From Mobula hypostoma (taxonomy: Eukaryota), in contig NC_086097.1 in the NCBI RefSeq assembly GCF_963921235.1, positions 206,028,001 through 206,092,000 on the forward strand: a DNA stretch of 64,000 nt, read 5' to 3'. Made by a program: the position numbers and the translations under genes. Under the pieces are notes generated by a model. That model was not told where the DNA came from. It did no database searches and was given only the letters and a program-made list of their open reading frames with translations. Shown one piece after another: positions 11,715 through 23,580 of this stretch (the stretch's first letter is position 1; each line of letters opens with the position of its first letter).

Positions 11715-14526
11715 GATCAAGGATTTAGGATGTCTCAGAGTGGTTACAGAAGATTCTCAAAAGAGAGGGTGAGCAGCCAGAGCTGGTGGTGCACATCAAC
11801 ACCATTGTCATAGGTAGAAAGGGAGAAAGAGGTCCTACGCAGTTGAGTACAGAAAGTTAGGGAAGAGGTTGAAGAGCAAGACCTCTATGGTAGTAATCTC
11901 CAGATTACTTCCAGTGCCAAGTGCCAGACAGGCCAAGAATAGAATGATAGTACAGATGAATGAATGGCTAAGGAACTGGTGCAGAAGGCAGGGTTTCACA
12001 TTCCTGGATCATTGGAATCACTTCTGAGGAAGGTATGATCTGTGCAAAAAGGATAGGTTACCACTGAACCAAAGAGGGTCAAAAATCCTCGAGGCAGGTT
12101 TGCTAGGAGCTGGTGGGGAGGGTTTGAACTAATTTGGCAGGGGGATGGGAACCTGAGTGATAGGGCTAAGGATAGGGCAGTTGGTGGACTAGCAGATGCA
12201 GTGTGTAGTGAGACGATGAGGAAGGACAGACAGATGACAGAGCAAGATAGCAGTCCATGGGATGAGTTGAAGTGTAACTTGGGGGCAAAATCGAAAAGGG
12301 TGATGTAAACTGGACGGAAGCTGTTATATTTGAATGCACGCAGTATACAGAATAAGGGAGATTATTTTGCAGTGTAGTTAGAGATTAGCAGGCATTATTT
12401 TGTGGCTGAGTCATGGCTGAAAGAAGATCATAGTTGGGAGCAATTCACATTGCATCCAAACCCCTTGAATGATAGCTAGGATGTGGGATATGAATTACAA
12501 TGGGAGATAGAAAAGGCATGTAAAAAGAGAAAAAAAGTCATGGGGGATTTCAAGAGGTAGGCAGATTGGGAAAATCAGGTTAGTGCTGGATCTCAGGAGA
12601 GGGAATTAGTAGATTGTCTACGAGATGGCTTTTTAGAGCTTCTTGTGGTTGAGCCCACCAGGGGGATGGCAATTCTGTATTGGGTATTGTGTAATGAAAC
12701 AGATTTGATTCAAGAGCTTCAGGTAAAGGAACCCTTAGGAGCCAGTGACCATAATATGATAGAATTCAGTCTGCAGTTTGAGAAAGAGAAGATAAAATCA
12801 GAAGTATCAATTTTATAATGGAGCAAAGAGAAATAAAGAGGCATGAGAGAGGAGCTGGCCAAAGTTGATTGGGAAGGGATGATGACAGAACGGCAATGGC
12901 TGGGGGCAATTCGCAGGGCACAGTGTAGATACATCCCAAAGATGAACAAGTATTCTAATGGGAAGATGAGGCAGCTATGGCTGACAAAGGAAGTCAAAGA
13001 CAGCTTAAAATGACAAGAGAGGGCATACAATACAGCAAGAATTATTATTGGGAAGTTAGAGTATTGAGAGGCTTTTAAAAACTTACAGAAAGCAACTAAA
13101 AAGCCATAAGGAGAGAAAAAATGGAATATGAAGATAAGCTAGCTTATAATATAAAAGATATATTATGTTATAAGCTAGCTTATAATATAAAAGAAGATAC
13201 CAGTTAATTTTGTATTTTGCATCAGTCTTCTCTGTGGTAGATACTAGCAGTATGCTAGAAATTCGAGTATGTTAGGGGCAGAAATGAGTGTAGTTGCTAT
13301 TACTATGGAGTAGGTGCTTGGGAAGCTGAAAGGTCTGAAGGTAGATAAGTCATCTGGATGAGTCGCCTGGGTTCTGAAAGAGGTAGCTGAAGAAATTGTG
13401 GAAGCATTGGTAATGATCTTCCAAGAATCACTAGATTCTGAAATAGTTCCAAAGGATTGGAAAATTGTAGATGTTACTCCACTCATTAAGAAGGGAGGGA
13501 GGCAGAAGAAAGGAAATTATACAGTAGGCCATTTGACCTGATTTCAATGGTTGTGAATATGCTGAAGTCCTTTATTAAGAATATGGCATTGAGGTGCTTG
13601 AAGGCACTTGATAATATAGGATAAAGTCAACATGGTTTCCTTAAGGGCCTGAAAAATCTGTAGGAATCTTTTGAGGAAATAACAAGCAGGATAGACAAGG
13701 CAGAGTTAGTGGACATTGCTGACATGGATTTTTGAAAGGCCTTTGACAAAGTGCTGCACATGAGGGTGCTTAACAAGATAAAAACCCAAGATATTTCAGT
13801 AAAGATACTAGTATGGCTAGAAGATGGGGTTTAGATGGGGTGGAGTATGTGAGGTGTGTTCATAGTAAGGAAGGCAAATGCAATGCTAGCATTCATTTCA
13901 AGAGGACTAGAATATAAGGCTAGGATGTAATGCTGAGGCTTTATAAGGCATTAGGATCAGCACAAACTTGGAGTGTTCTGAGTAGTTTTGGGCCCTTATC
14001 GAAGAAAAGATGTGCTGGCATTGGAGAGGGTCCAGAGGAAGTTTACGAAATTTATTCTGCAAATGAAAGAGTTATTGTATGAGGTGTGTTTGACGGCTCT
14101 GGACCTATCCTCACTTGACTTTAGAAGATTGATGTAGGACCTCATTGACAGCTATCGAATATTCAAAGTCCCTTTAGAGTGGATGTTGAGAGGGTGTTTC
14201 CTACAGTGGGTGAGACTATATCCAGAGGTCACAGCCTCAGAAAAGTGAGATGTCCATTTAGAATATCCCCCTAAATGGAGATAGAATTTCTTTATTCAGA
14301 GGGTGGTGCATCTGTGGAATTCATTGCTATGAACAGCTGTGAGGGTGAAGTCATTCTGTATATTTAAAGCAGTGGTTGATATGTTCTTGATTAGTCAGAG
14401 AGTCAAATGTTACGGGGAAGAGGCAGGGCAATGGGGTTGAGAGGCATAATAATCAGCTATGATAGAACGAAGGAGCAGACTCGAAGGACTGAATGGCCTA
14501 ATTCTGCTTAAATGTCTTATGGTCTA
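11715..14526 (+). mobile_element. Old CR1 LINE: ORF1 esterase remnant plus ORF2 (endonuclease and RT) with internal deletions
   Basis: GGTGAGCAGCCAGAGCTGGTGGTGCACATC (EQPELVVHI) matches ORF1 at ~24415. Endonuclease motifs (MGDF, LGASDHNMI) and RT motifs follow. Tail is GTCTTATGGTCTA. Many stops. Confidence 0.85.
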
Positions 14527-16299
14527 TCTTCAAAATTCATTTGTTTATATAGTTATTGATAGCTTGGAGGAGTCTTTATTGCAGTTTAGTATTTTTTAAA
14601 CTAAATAATCACATGCTTTGTCCTGTATGTTTCATCATAAAACTTTATTACTTTCATTGCTGCAATTTTATTAAACTATGTTTCCAGAATGTATAGTTTC
14701 TACTCTGGGTAAGTAAATTCAACTTTTGGTTTGTAGCCAAAGCAGATGTGGCGTTTGAATTTACTGAAGTAATATACACACAGGAAACAAGATGTCTCTT
14801 TCAGCAATTGGAAAAGACCGTATTCCAAGAATTACACATACTTTCTGAATTCAGTTGAAATGCAGGAGAAGGGTTTCTGTAGTTCACAGAGATTATTCTC
14901 AAGTCCACAAGGAAATATTTTGTATATAATATTAAAATTACAAGGGTGGATGTTTTAACATAAGAGCTGCCTGACTTCAAGAACAGTAATTGCAAGTCAG
15001 TAAATCATTCTGTAAATGGTAAGAAAGTGCAAACCATATAAGCCTAGATCTTCCTTGTAGGATTTCCATTCCCTTTGTTGAATAAAGAAAAAAAATTGAG
15101 TTTGTAGGACTGATTCAATATTGATTGATACTGTTGGTGCAATTACTCTACATCGGCTTGCTTCTATGCAAACCTGTCATTAGAACTTCTATGACATTCA
15201 TGTAAGGATCTCAATTTGCGTGATCATTTTGGGTTCTATGTCAGGCCACACAAACACAAAAAATTATCTGCGTGTAACTTTTAGCCAAGCATTGTTGTAG
15301 TAGGTATTTACTCATTTAGTTACGCTGTAAGTATTGCCATCACTGCCAGAATGTCATCTAATATGAGCAGAAATTTAGCTGGAAGTTTAAAAATGTGTTG
15401 ACAAAATTGCCCATTTTTTAAAATTTCCTTATCTGGATGATGCAAATTTAGGCAATTTAAATGGGAAACGTAAATACACCTACTTCTCTACCATTTGGCA
15501 GTCATAATCTTCAGAACTTGGGCAGCCTGGTCAGTGCTGATACCACCAAGACACTTTTAATGTTTGTCATTACTGTTTGTCCCTGCAAATCGGCATTCCG
15601 TGCCTTTGCTACGTTTGACACATGGTATTGACTCATGCGCCACAGGAAGGCAACAGGTGGTAATCAGTGGAAATTTCCTCATCTACTTTTGACTTGATTG
15701 CATGAGACTTTGTGGGCCTAGGGTGCAATGTTTAAGATTCATAGCTGCATTCCCGGTCAGCTGTGTACTGTCAGTTTGTGGAAAGCCAATACTGTCGGTG
15801 AGAAGATATTTACCTAGAGGGACATTATGCAGAAATCTTGGATGTTGTAGGACAGGAATGATTGTGAGTATATTAGGAAGCTGTCAAGGCATCAAAATAT
15901 GCCAGCTGCCATTGTTTATTCTGCATTTGAACAACATAAATGAATCTGGTTCTTGACTTCCAATTACATACTCTTTAAAGTTATTTTTAGTCACCATTTA
16001 GTACTTCTATAATAAATAATTACATTAATTTTCAAATTATTTTATTTCAGAGGACTGTAAATCTTAGTCATTGTCTGTAGAGCGATGTTTTTCTAAGTGC
16101 TATTCCTGTGCTCACTCATAATCCGCTTAAAATGGCTTATTCCCTGCCATTACACAGCTATCACAAACACTTTAACTACCATGTCTATTTTAGTCAAAAT
16201 GATTCCTGTCATCACCTCTTATCTTCACTATCCAAGACTAAAATATCTAACACTTATAGTGCCATGTCATTCTTCAAAGAAGTTTCAAATAGAAACTTA

Positions 16300-16851
16300 A
16301 TCTCAGTGGCCACTTTGTTATGTACACCTGACAACTGCTCGTTAATGGAAATATCTAATCAATCAAGTGGCCGTTGCACTCTGCATAAAAGCAGGAGATA
16401 TGGTCAGGAAGTTCAATTGTTGTACAGACCAAACATCAGAATGGGAAAGAACTGTGATCTGAGTGACATTGACTGTTGAATGACGGTTGGTGCCAGATGG
16501 GGTGGTTTGAGTATCTCAGAAACAGCTGATCTCCTGGGATTTTCACACACAACTGTTTCTAGAATTTACAGAGAATGGTACAAAAATAAAAAAAAAACCA
16601 GTGAGTGGCAGTTCTGTGGACAAAAATGCCTTGTTAATGAGAAAGATCAGAGGAGAATGGCCAGACTACTTCAAGCTGACAGGAAGGCAACTGTAACTAA
16701 AATAATCATGTGTTTTAACAGTGGTGAGCAGAAGAGAATAGCTGAATGTACAGCACATTGAATCTGGAAGTGGATGGGTTACATACACAAATGTACACCC
16801 AGTGACCACTTCAATTGGTACATGGCATAGTAATAAAGTGGCCACTCAGTG
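16300..16851 (+). mobile_element. Non-autonomous Tc1-like DNA transposon, copy 3
   Basis: TIRs CTCAGTGGCCACTTT / AAAGTGGCCACTCAGTG|TA. ORF 16480-16761 (GLSISETADLLGFSHTTVSRIYREW) is a Tc1 paired-like HTH region. No DDE domain. Confidence 0.85.
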
Positions 16852-17354
16852 TATTTTAAATGTTTTAACACAATACTTGAGAATTTAGAAGGATGCTTGA
16901 GGGTAGGATTCTATCATAATTAATGGTGCAATTTCTGAACTCTTGAGAAAATAGCAGGATGTTTTCCATGAGAATTCAGCCAAAATTTGTGCTTCAGTTA
17001 TGCTCACAAAAAAAAACAGTTTATCTTGTCCTTATCATGTTGTTGTCTGTGGGAGTTTGCTGTGTGCAAAATGGCTGCAGTACTTAATAGATTATCAAAC
17101 TGATTAAACTTCAAATGTATTTCATAAACTACAAAGCTACTTGACTTGTCATGAAGCCATACAAATTAAAGTTCTTGCAATGAAAATGACATAATTGCAA
17201 GTAAATAAAAATACGGCATTTGATTTTTCAACTGCTGTGCATTTCCCTTGCCTCAAGTAATCTTCTAGATCTTTCCCTATGGTCAATTGCACTATTAAAA
17301 CTAAAATTGCATTGTATACTTGCATGGCCTAATTCATATTGCCCAATAGAGTGA

Positions 17355-18310
17355 TCTGCAGCACAGGGCTCCACAGGGGACTGTCTTGTCTCCCTTTCTC
17401 TTCACCTTTTACACCTCGGACTTCAACTACTGGACAGAGTTTTGTCATCTTCAGAAGTTTTCTGACGACTCTGCCATAGTTGGATGCATCAGCAGGGGAG
17501 ATGAGGCTGAGTACAGGGCTACAGTAGGAAACTTTGTCACATGGTGTGAGCAGAATTATCTGCAGCTTAATGTGAAAAAGACTAAGGAGCTGGTGGTAGA
17601 CCTAAGGAGAGCTAAGGTACCGGTGACCCCTGTTTCCATCCAGGGGGTCAGTGTGGACATGGTGGAGGATTACAAATACCTGGGGATATGAATTGACAAT
17701 AAACTGGACTGGTTAAAGAACACTGAGGCTGTCTACAAGAAGGGTCAGAGCTGTCTCTATTTCCTGAGGAGACTGAGGTCCTTTAACATCTGCCGGACAA
17801 TACTGAGGATGTTCTACGAGTCCGTGGTGGCCAGTGCTATCATGTTTGCTGTTGTGTGCTGGGGCAGCAGGCTGACACCAACAGAATCAACAAACTCATT
17901 CATAAGGCCAGTGATGTTGTGGTGATGGAACTGGACTCTCTGACGGTGGTGTCTGAAAAGAGGATGCTGTCCAAGTTGCACGCCATCTTGGACAATGTCT
18001 CCCATCCACTACATAATGTACTGGTTGGGCACAGGAGTACATTCAGCCAGAGACTCATTCCTCTGAGATGCAACACAGAGCAACATAGGAAGTCATTCCT
18101 GCCTGTGGCCATCAAACTTTACAACTCCTCCCTTGGAGGGTCACACACCCTGAGCCAATAGGCTGGTCCTGGACTTATTTCATAATTTACTGGCATAATT
18201 TACATATTACTATTTAACTATTTATGGTTCTATTACTATTTATTATTTATGGTCCAACTGTAACAAAAACCAATTTCCCCTGGGATCAATAAAGTATGAC
18301 TATGACTATG
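17355..18310 (+). mobile_element. Rex1/Babar-clade LINE, 5'-truncated
   Basis: ORF 17386-17691 has SPFLFTFYTSD, KFSDDSAIVG, LNVKKTKELVVD and YKYLGI. The 3' end is AATAAAG(TATGAC)2TATG. Confidence 0.85.
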
Positions 18311-18487
18311 CAGTCATTTTCAACTTCCTGGTCTCAAGATTATGGCAGGCAAAGCAGACACATGCTTTTGATTCTGGTACAGGCTTCCTGAAAGAGCAAA
18401 CATTCAAAACCACTTTTGTATCTTTACAGGTACATTCTGCCTCATTCTGCCCTGCAGAGCTGATGTATGGTTAGAATCTCTGAATCT

Positions 18488-21220
18488 AGAATGGGAATGG
18501 GATATGGAATTAAAATGTGTGGCCACTGGGAGATCCTACTTTCCCTGGCGGACAGAGCGTAGGTGTTCAGCGAAACGGTCTCCCAGTCTGCGTCGGATCT
18601 TGCCAATATATAGAAGGCTACACCGGGAGCACTGGACACAGTATATCACACTAGTCGACTCACAGGTGAAGTGTCACCTCACCTGGAAAGACTGTCTGGG
18701 GTCCTGAATGGTGGTAAGGGAGGAAGTGTAAGGGCATGTGTAGCACTTGTTCTGCTTACAAGGATAAGTGCCGGGAGGGAGATCGGTGGGAAGGGATGTG
18801 GGGGACGGGGGGAACGAATGGACAAGGGAGTCGTGTAGGGAGTGATCCCTGCGAAAGCGGTGGGGGGGGAGGGAAAGATGTGCTTGGTGGTGGGATCCCC
18901 TTGGAGGTGGGAGAAGTTACGGAGAATTACATGTTGGACCCGGAGGCTGGTGGGGTGGTAGGTGAGGACAAGGGGAACCCTATCCCTAGTGGGGTGGCGG
19001 GAGGATGAGGTGAGAGAAGATGTGCATGAAATGGGAGAGATGAGTTTGAGAGCAGAGTTGATAGTGGAGGAAGGGAAGCCCCTTTCTTTAAAAAAGGGAG
19101 ACATCTTTTTCGTCCTGGAATGAAAAGCTTCATCCTGAGAGCAGATGCGGCGGAGACGGAGGAATTGCAAGAAGGGGATGGCATTTTAACAAGAGATAGG
19201 GTGGGAAGAGGAATAGTCCAGGTAGCTGTGAGAGTCCGTAGGCTTATAGTAGACATCAGTAGATAAACTGTCTCCAGAGATAGAGTCAGAAAGATGAAGA
19301 AAGGGGAGTAAGGTGTCAGAAATGGACCAGGTAAATTTGAGGGCAGGATGAAAGTTGGAGGCAAAGTTAATGAAGTCAACAAGCTCAGCATGCGTGCAGG
19401 AAGCAGCGCCAATGCAGTCGTCGATGTCGCGAAGGACAAATGGGGGACGGATACCAGTATAGGCTTGGATCATGGATTGTTCCACAAAGCCAACAAAAAG
19501 GCAGGCATAGCTGGGACCCATAGGGGTGCCCATGGCTACACCTTTAGGTGGAGGAAGTGGGAGGAGCCAAAGGAGAAATTATTAAGGGTAAGGACTAATT
19601 CAGCTAGATGGAGGAGAGTGGTGGTAGAGGGGAACTGATTGGGTCTGGAATCCAAAAAGAAACAGAGAGCTTTGAGACCTTCCTGGTAGGGGATGGAGGT
19701 ATATAGGGACTGGACATCCATGGTGAAAATAAAGTGGTGGGGGCCAGGGAACTTAAAATTATTTTAAAAATTCAGAGCGTAAGAAGTGTCACGAACATAG
19801 GTGGTAAGGGATTGAACAAGGGGGGGGATAAAACAGTGTCGAGGTATGCAGAAATCAGTTTGGTGGGGCAGGAGCAAGCTGAAACAATGGGTCTACCTGG
19901 ACAGGCAGGTTTGTGGGTCTTGGGTGGGAGGTAGAAACGGGAAGTGTGGGGTATGGGAACTATAAGGTTGGTGGCAGTGGATGGGAGATCCCCAGAGCTG
20001 ATAAGGTTAGTGATGGTGTGAGAGACAATGGCCTGGTGCTCCTTAGTGGGGTCATAACCAAGGGGTAAATAAGAGGAGGTATCAGCGAGTTGTCGCTGTG
20101 CCTCGGCAAGGTAGAGGTCAGTACACCAGATTACAACAGCAGCCCCCTTATCAGCGGGTTTTATAGTAAGGTTAGGATTAGTGCGGAGGGAGTGGAGAGC
20201 AGAGCGTTTGGAAGGAGTGAGACTGGAATTGGAACAAGGTGTGGTGAGGTCGAGATGGTTGATGTCCCGTCGGCAGTTAGCAATAAAGAGATCCAGAGCA
20301 GGCAGAAGACCAGAGCGTGGTTGTCCATGAAGAGGAGGATGGTTGAAGATGGGAGAAGGGGTCATCGGTGGGGGTGAGAGAGTCCTTGCCAAAGAAGTGG
20401 GCTCGAAGACGGAACCGGCAGAAGAAGAACTCAATGTCATGGCACACGCGGAACTCGCTGAGGTGTGGTCGAAGGGGGACAAAGGTGAGGCCCTTACTGA
20501 GGACAAAGGGCTCTGCCTCAGACAGTTGAAGGTCAGAGGGGAAGGTAAAGACCCGGCACGGATGAGAGCTGGGATCGGGGGGGGGGAGGGGGAAGGAGGC
20601 TGGTAGTGTTAGTGGAGAGGGGAGGGTTGGGGTGAGAGGAAGGTGGAGACTCTGAGGGCCCAGGAGCTGACAGTGCGATCTGAGGGAGACGGGGTTGCAG
20701 AGTGGTAATGGGGGAAGGGGAGACGGGAGTCACAACAGCAGCACATGAAGACCCGGCCTGGAGTTCAAGGCTGGAGTCGCAGTTGGAGATTGCGCAATGG
20801 CTTTGAAGGTGTCCATGATCATTGGTGTCCATTGATGGTGCTGGAGTCCGGGTTTTGATAATGCCCTGGGTCGGTGGAGCCGCAGAGGTCGATGGCGGGG
20901 GCTACAATCGAAGTTCATGCCTGCTAGCGTCAGAGCCAGCAGGCTCTAGGGTCTGCAGATGGAAGATCTTGCGATCCTTGCCTAACATGACAAAGTCAAA
21001 GAAATGGCAATTGCATGCATGGATCCGACGGAAGATGAAATAATGGGCAGGTCCATTACAAACAGCAAAGGAAGTGTCCCAGAGGTGTGGAAGGAACTCC
21101 AATAGGGACACCAAGTATCTTCTCATGGAGGACAGGGTCACCTTCAGAGTTTGACGGGAGAAGCATTGCAATTTGGAAATTTCCCATGAATGGAAATAAT
21201 TCAGGCGTCTTGACAAGTCA
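18488..21220 (-). mobile_element. Penelope-like retroelement (RT + GIY-YIG), long but disrupted, 3' terminus missing
   Basis: Minus ORFs show IKPADKG, PGRPIVSAC, MDVQSLYTSIP, MGTPMGPSYACLF, RDIDDC and VYYKPTDSHSYL. A GIY-YIG-like region lies at ~18500-18700. Confidence 0.92.
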
Positions 21221-21553
21221 TGCAAGACGTGGCCTAGAACAGATTAATAAGTGCTTCGAACCATGTCTTGGAGGTATAAAACAATTTATTTCAATGTGTT
21301 CCGAAGAAAATGTGAAGATTATAGTGACACTTTCATTTGTATCGAAAAACCTTAACCAAACTTATTTTCAACCAGTTTTGAAACATCTTGGTGGCTCTGA
21401 AAAACCTTATTAAAAGTTGCTTTCTTCAGCATTACCAAATTTTTTTGGTTGGTGAGGGGAATAATTACTTAACATCTCACCTAATTATTTTTGATGCTCT
21501 AGTTACCTAATTTATACTTATTGGGCACCAGGCCAACTGTTTGCAAAGGACAT

Positions 21554-22988
21554 CATAGAAACATAGAAAATAGGTACAGGAGTAGACCATTCAGCCCTTT
21601 GAGCCTGCACCGCCATTCAGCATGATCGTGACTGATCATCCAACTCAGAACCCTGTACCTGCCTTCTCTCCAATACCCCCTGATCCCTTTAGCCACAAGG
21701 GCCATATCTAACTCCCTCTTAAATATAGCCAATGAATTGGTCTCAACTGTTTCCTGTGGCAGAGAATTCCACTGATTCACCACACCCGGTGTGAAGAAGT
21801 TTTTCCTCATCTCAGTCCTAAAAGACTTCCCCTTTATCTTCACACTGTGACCCCTCATTCTGGACTTCCCCAACATCGGGAACAATCTTCCTACATCTAC
21901 CCTGTCCAATCCCTTTAGAATTTTATACATTTCAATAAGATCCCCCCTCAATCTTCTAAATTCCAGAGAGTATAAGCCTAGCCGATCCAGCCTTTCATCA
22001 TATGAAAGTCCTGCTATCCCAGGAATCAATCTGGTGAACCTTCTTTGTATTCCCTCTATGGCAAGAATGTCTTTCCTCAGATTAGGGGACCAAAACTGCA
22101 CACAATACTCCAGGTGTGGTCTCACCAAGGCCTTGTACAACTGCAGTAGTACCTGCTCCTGTACTCGAATCCTCTTGCTATGAATGCCAGCATACCATTC
22201 GCCTTTTTCACCGCCTGCTGTACCTGCATGCCCACTTTCAATAACTGGTGTACAATGACACCCAGGTCTCGTTGCACTTCCCCTTTTCCTAATCGGCCAC
22301 CATTCAGATAATAATCTGTTTTCCTGTTCTTGCCACCAAAGTGGATAACCTCACATTTATCCACATTAAATTGCATCTGCCATGAATTTGCCCACTCACC
22401 TAACCTATCCAAGTCACCCAGCATCCTCTTAGCATCCTCCTCACAGCTAACACTGCCACCCAGCTTCGTGTCATCCACAAACTTAGAGATGCTGCATTTA
22501 ATTCCCTCGTCTAAGTCATTAATATATATTGTAAACAACTGCGGTCCCAGCACTGAGCCTTGTGGTACCCCACTAGTCACTGCCTGCCATTCTGAAAAGG
22601 TCCCGTTTATTCCCACTCTTGGCTTCCTGTCTGCCAACCAATTCTCCACCCACACCAATACCTTACCCCCAATACTGTGTGCTTTAAGTTTGCACACTAA
22701 TCTCCTGTGTGGGACCTTCTCAAAAGCCTTTTGAAAATCCAAATATACCACATCCACTGGTTCTCCCCTATCCACTCTACCAGTTACATCCTCAAAAAAT
22801 TCTATGAGATTTGTCAGACATGATTTTCCTTTCACTAATCCATGCTGACTTTGTCCGATGATTTCATCGCTTTCTAAATGTGCTGTTATCACATCCTTGA
22901 TAACTGACTCTAGCATTTTCCCCACCACCGATGTCAGGCTTTCCGGTCTATAATTCCCCAGTTTCTCTCTCCCTCCTTTTTTAAAAAG
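21554..22988 (-). mobile_element. CR1 LINE, 5'-truncated, relatively young
   Basis: ORFs 22122-22928 ([20 protein letters not shown]) and 21553-22140 are separated by one frameshift. Tail is (TTTCTATG)2. Confidence 0.95.
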
Positions 22989-23373
22989 CTTGTCATGTTA
23001 AGAGCTCCTGCAATGTTGGAGAAATGTATAGTTGAGTTTGCATTTGTCATGCACCTCTTGAAGTCATATAATCTATGTGTAACTGTGGCACAGGTCTGCC
23101 TGTGAATTGCAGTGTTGACTAATATATGTGTTTTAAATCCAGCAATGTATTAGACACACACAATATTTGCTGTTTTTCATAAACAAGAATAAAAAAATTC
23201 ATTTTATCATCCATCTGGGCTCTAAGTCATCTTGCAACCTATCAAAATATCTGTGATGGTTAAAAATCCAATATGTTGCAAGTGTGAAAATTAATGCAGC
23301 ACACTTGCCAGATTACACAGGACTTGACCCCTTGCCTAGAATTGCCCTTCCATTCGGATAAGTCCATACTTAC

Positions 23374-23513
23374 CTGGACTGAGTACAGGTGGACAATTTT
23401 CTTGACCCTGAATTTTCACGTCAAGTGCCTTTGTGTAGATGGGAATCAGACGTCAGGCAGCAAGCTGCAGAACTGACTGAGCTGGTTATCACCATCCTTG
23501 AGGTCAACTGGAA
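23374..23513 (-). other. Candidate non-coding spliced exon (140 nt)
   Basis: On the minus strand: branch-point-like TACTAAT, acceptor TTTTCAG|, donor CAG|GTAAGTAT. All three frames contain stops. Confidence 0.3.
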
Positions 23514-23580
23514 CTGAAAATCCACGTGGAATTAGTAAACCTCCTGTTGCCTACTGGCGACGCAATAGCCACTGCTCTAC

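Noticed and set aside
13133..13198. Short tandem duplication TAAGCTAGCTTATAATATAAAAGA in the old CR1
   Set aside because: A local duplication next to an internal deletion, with no sign of function.
23366..23377. ATACTTACCTGG, identical to the U1 snRNA 5' end
   Set aside because: The match stops after 12 nt and no U1 body follows. It is better read as a consensus splice donor on the minus strand.
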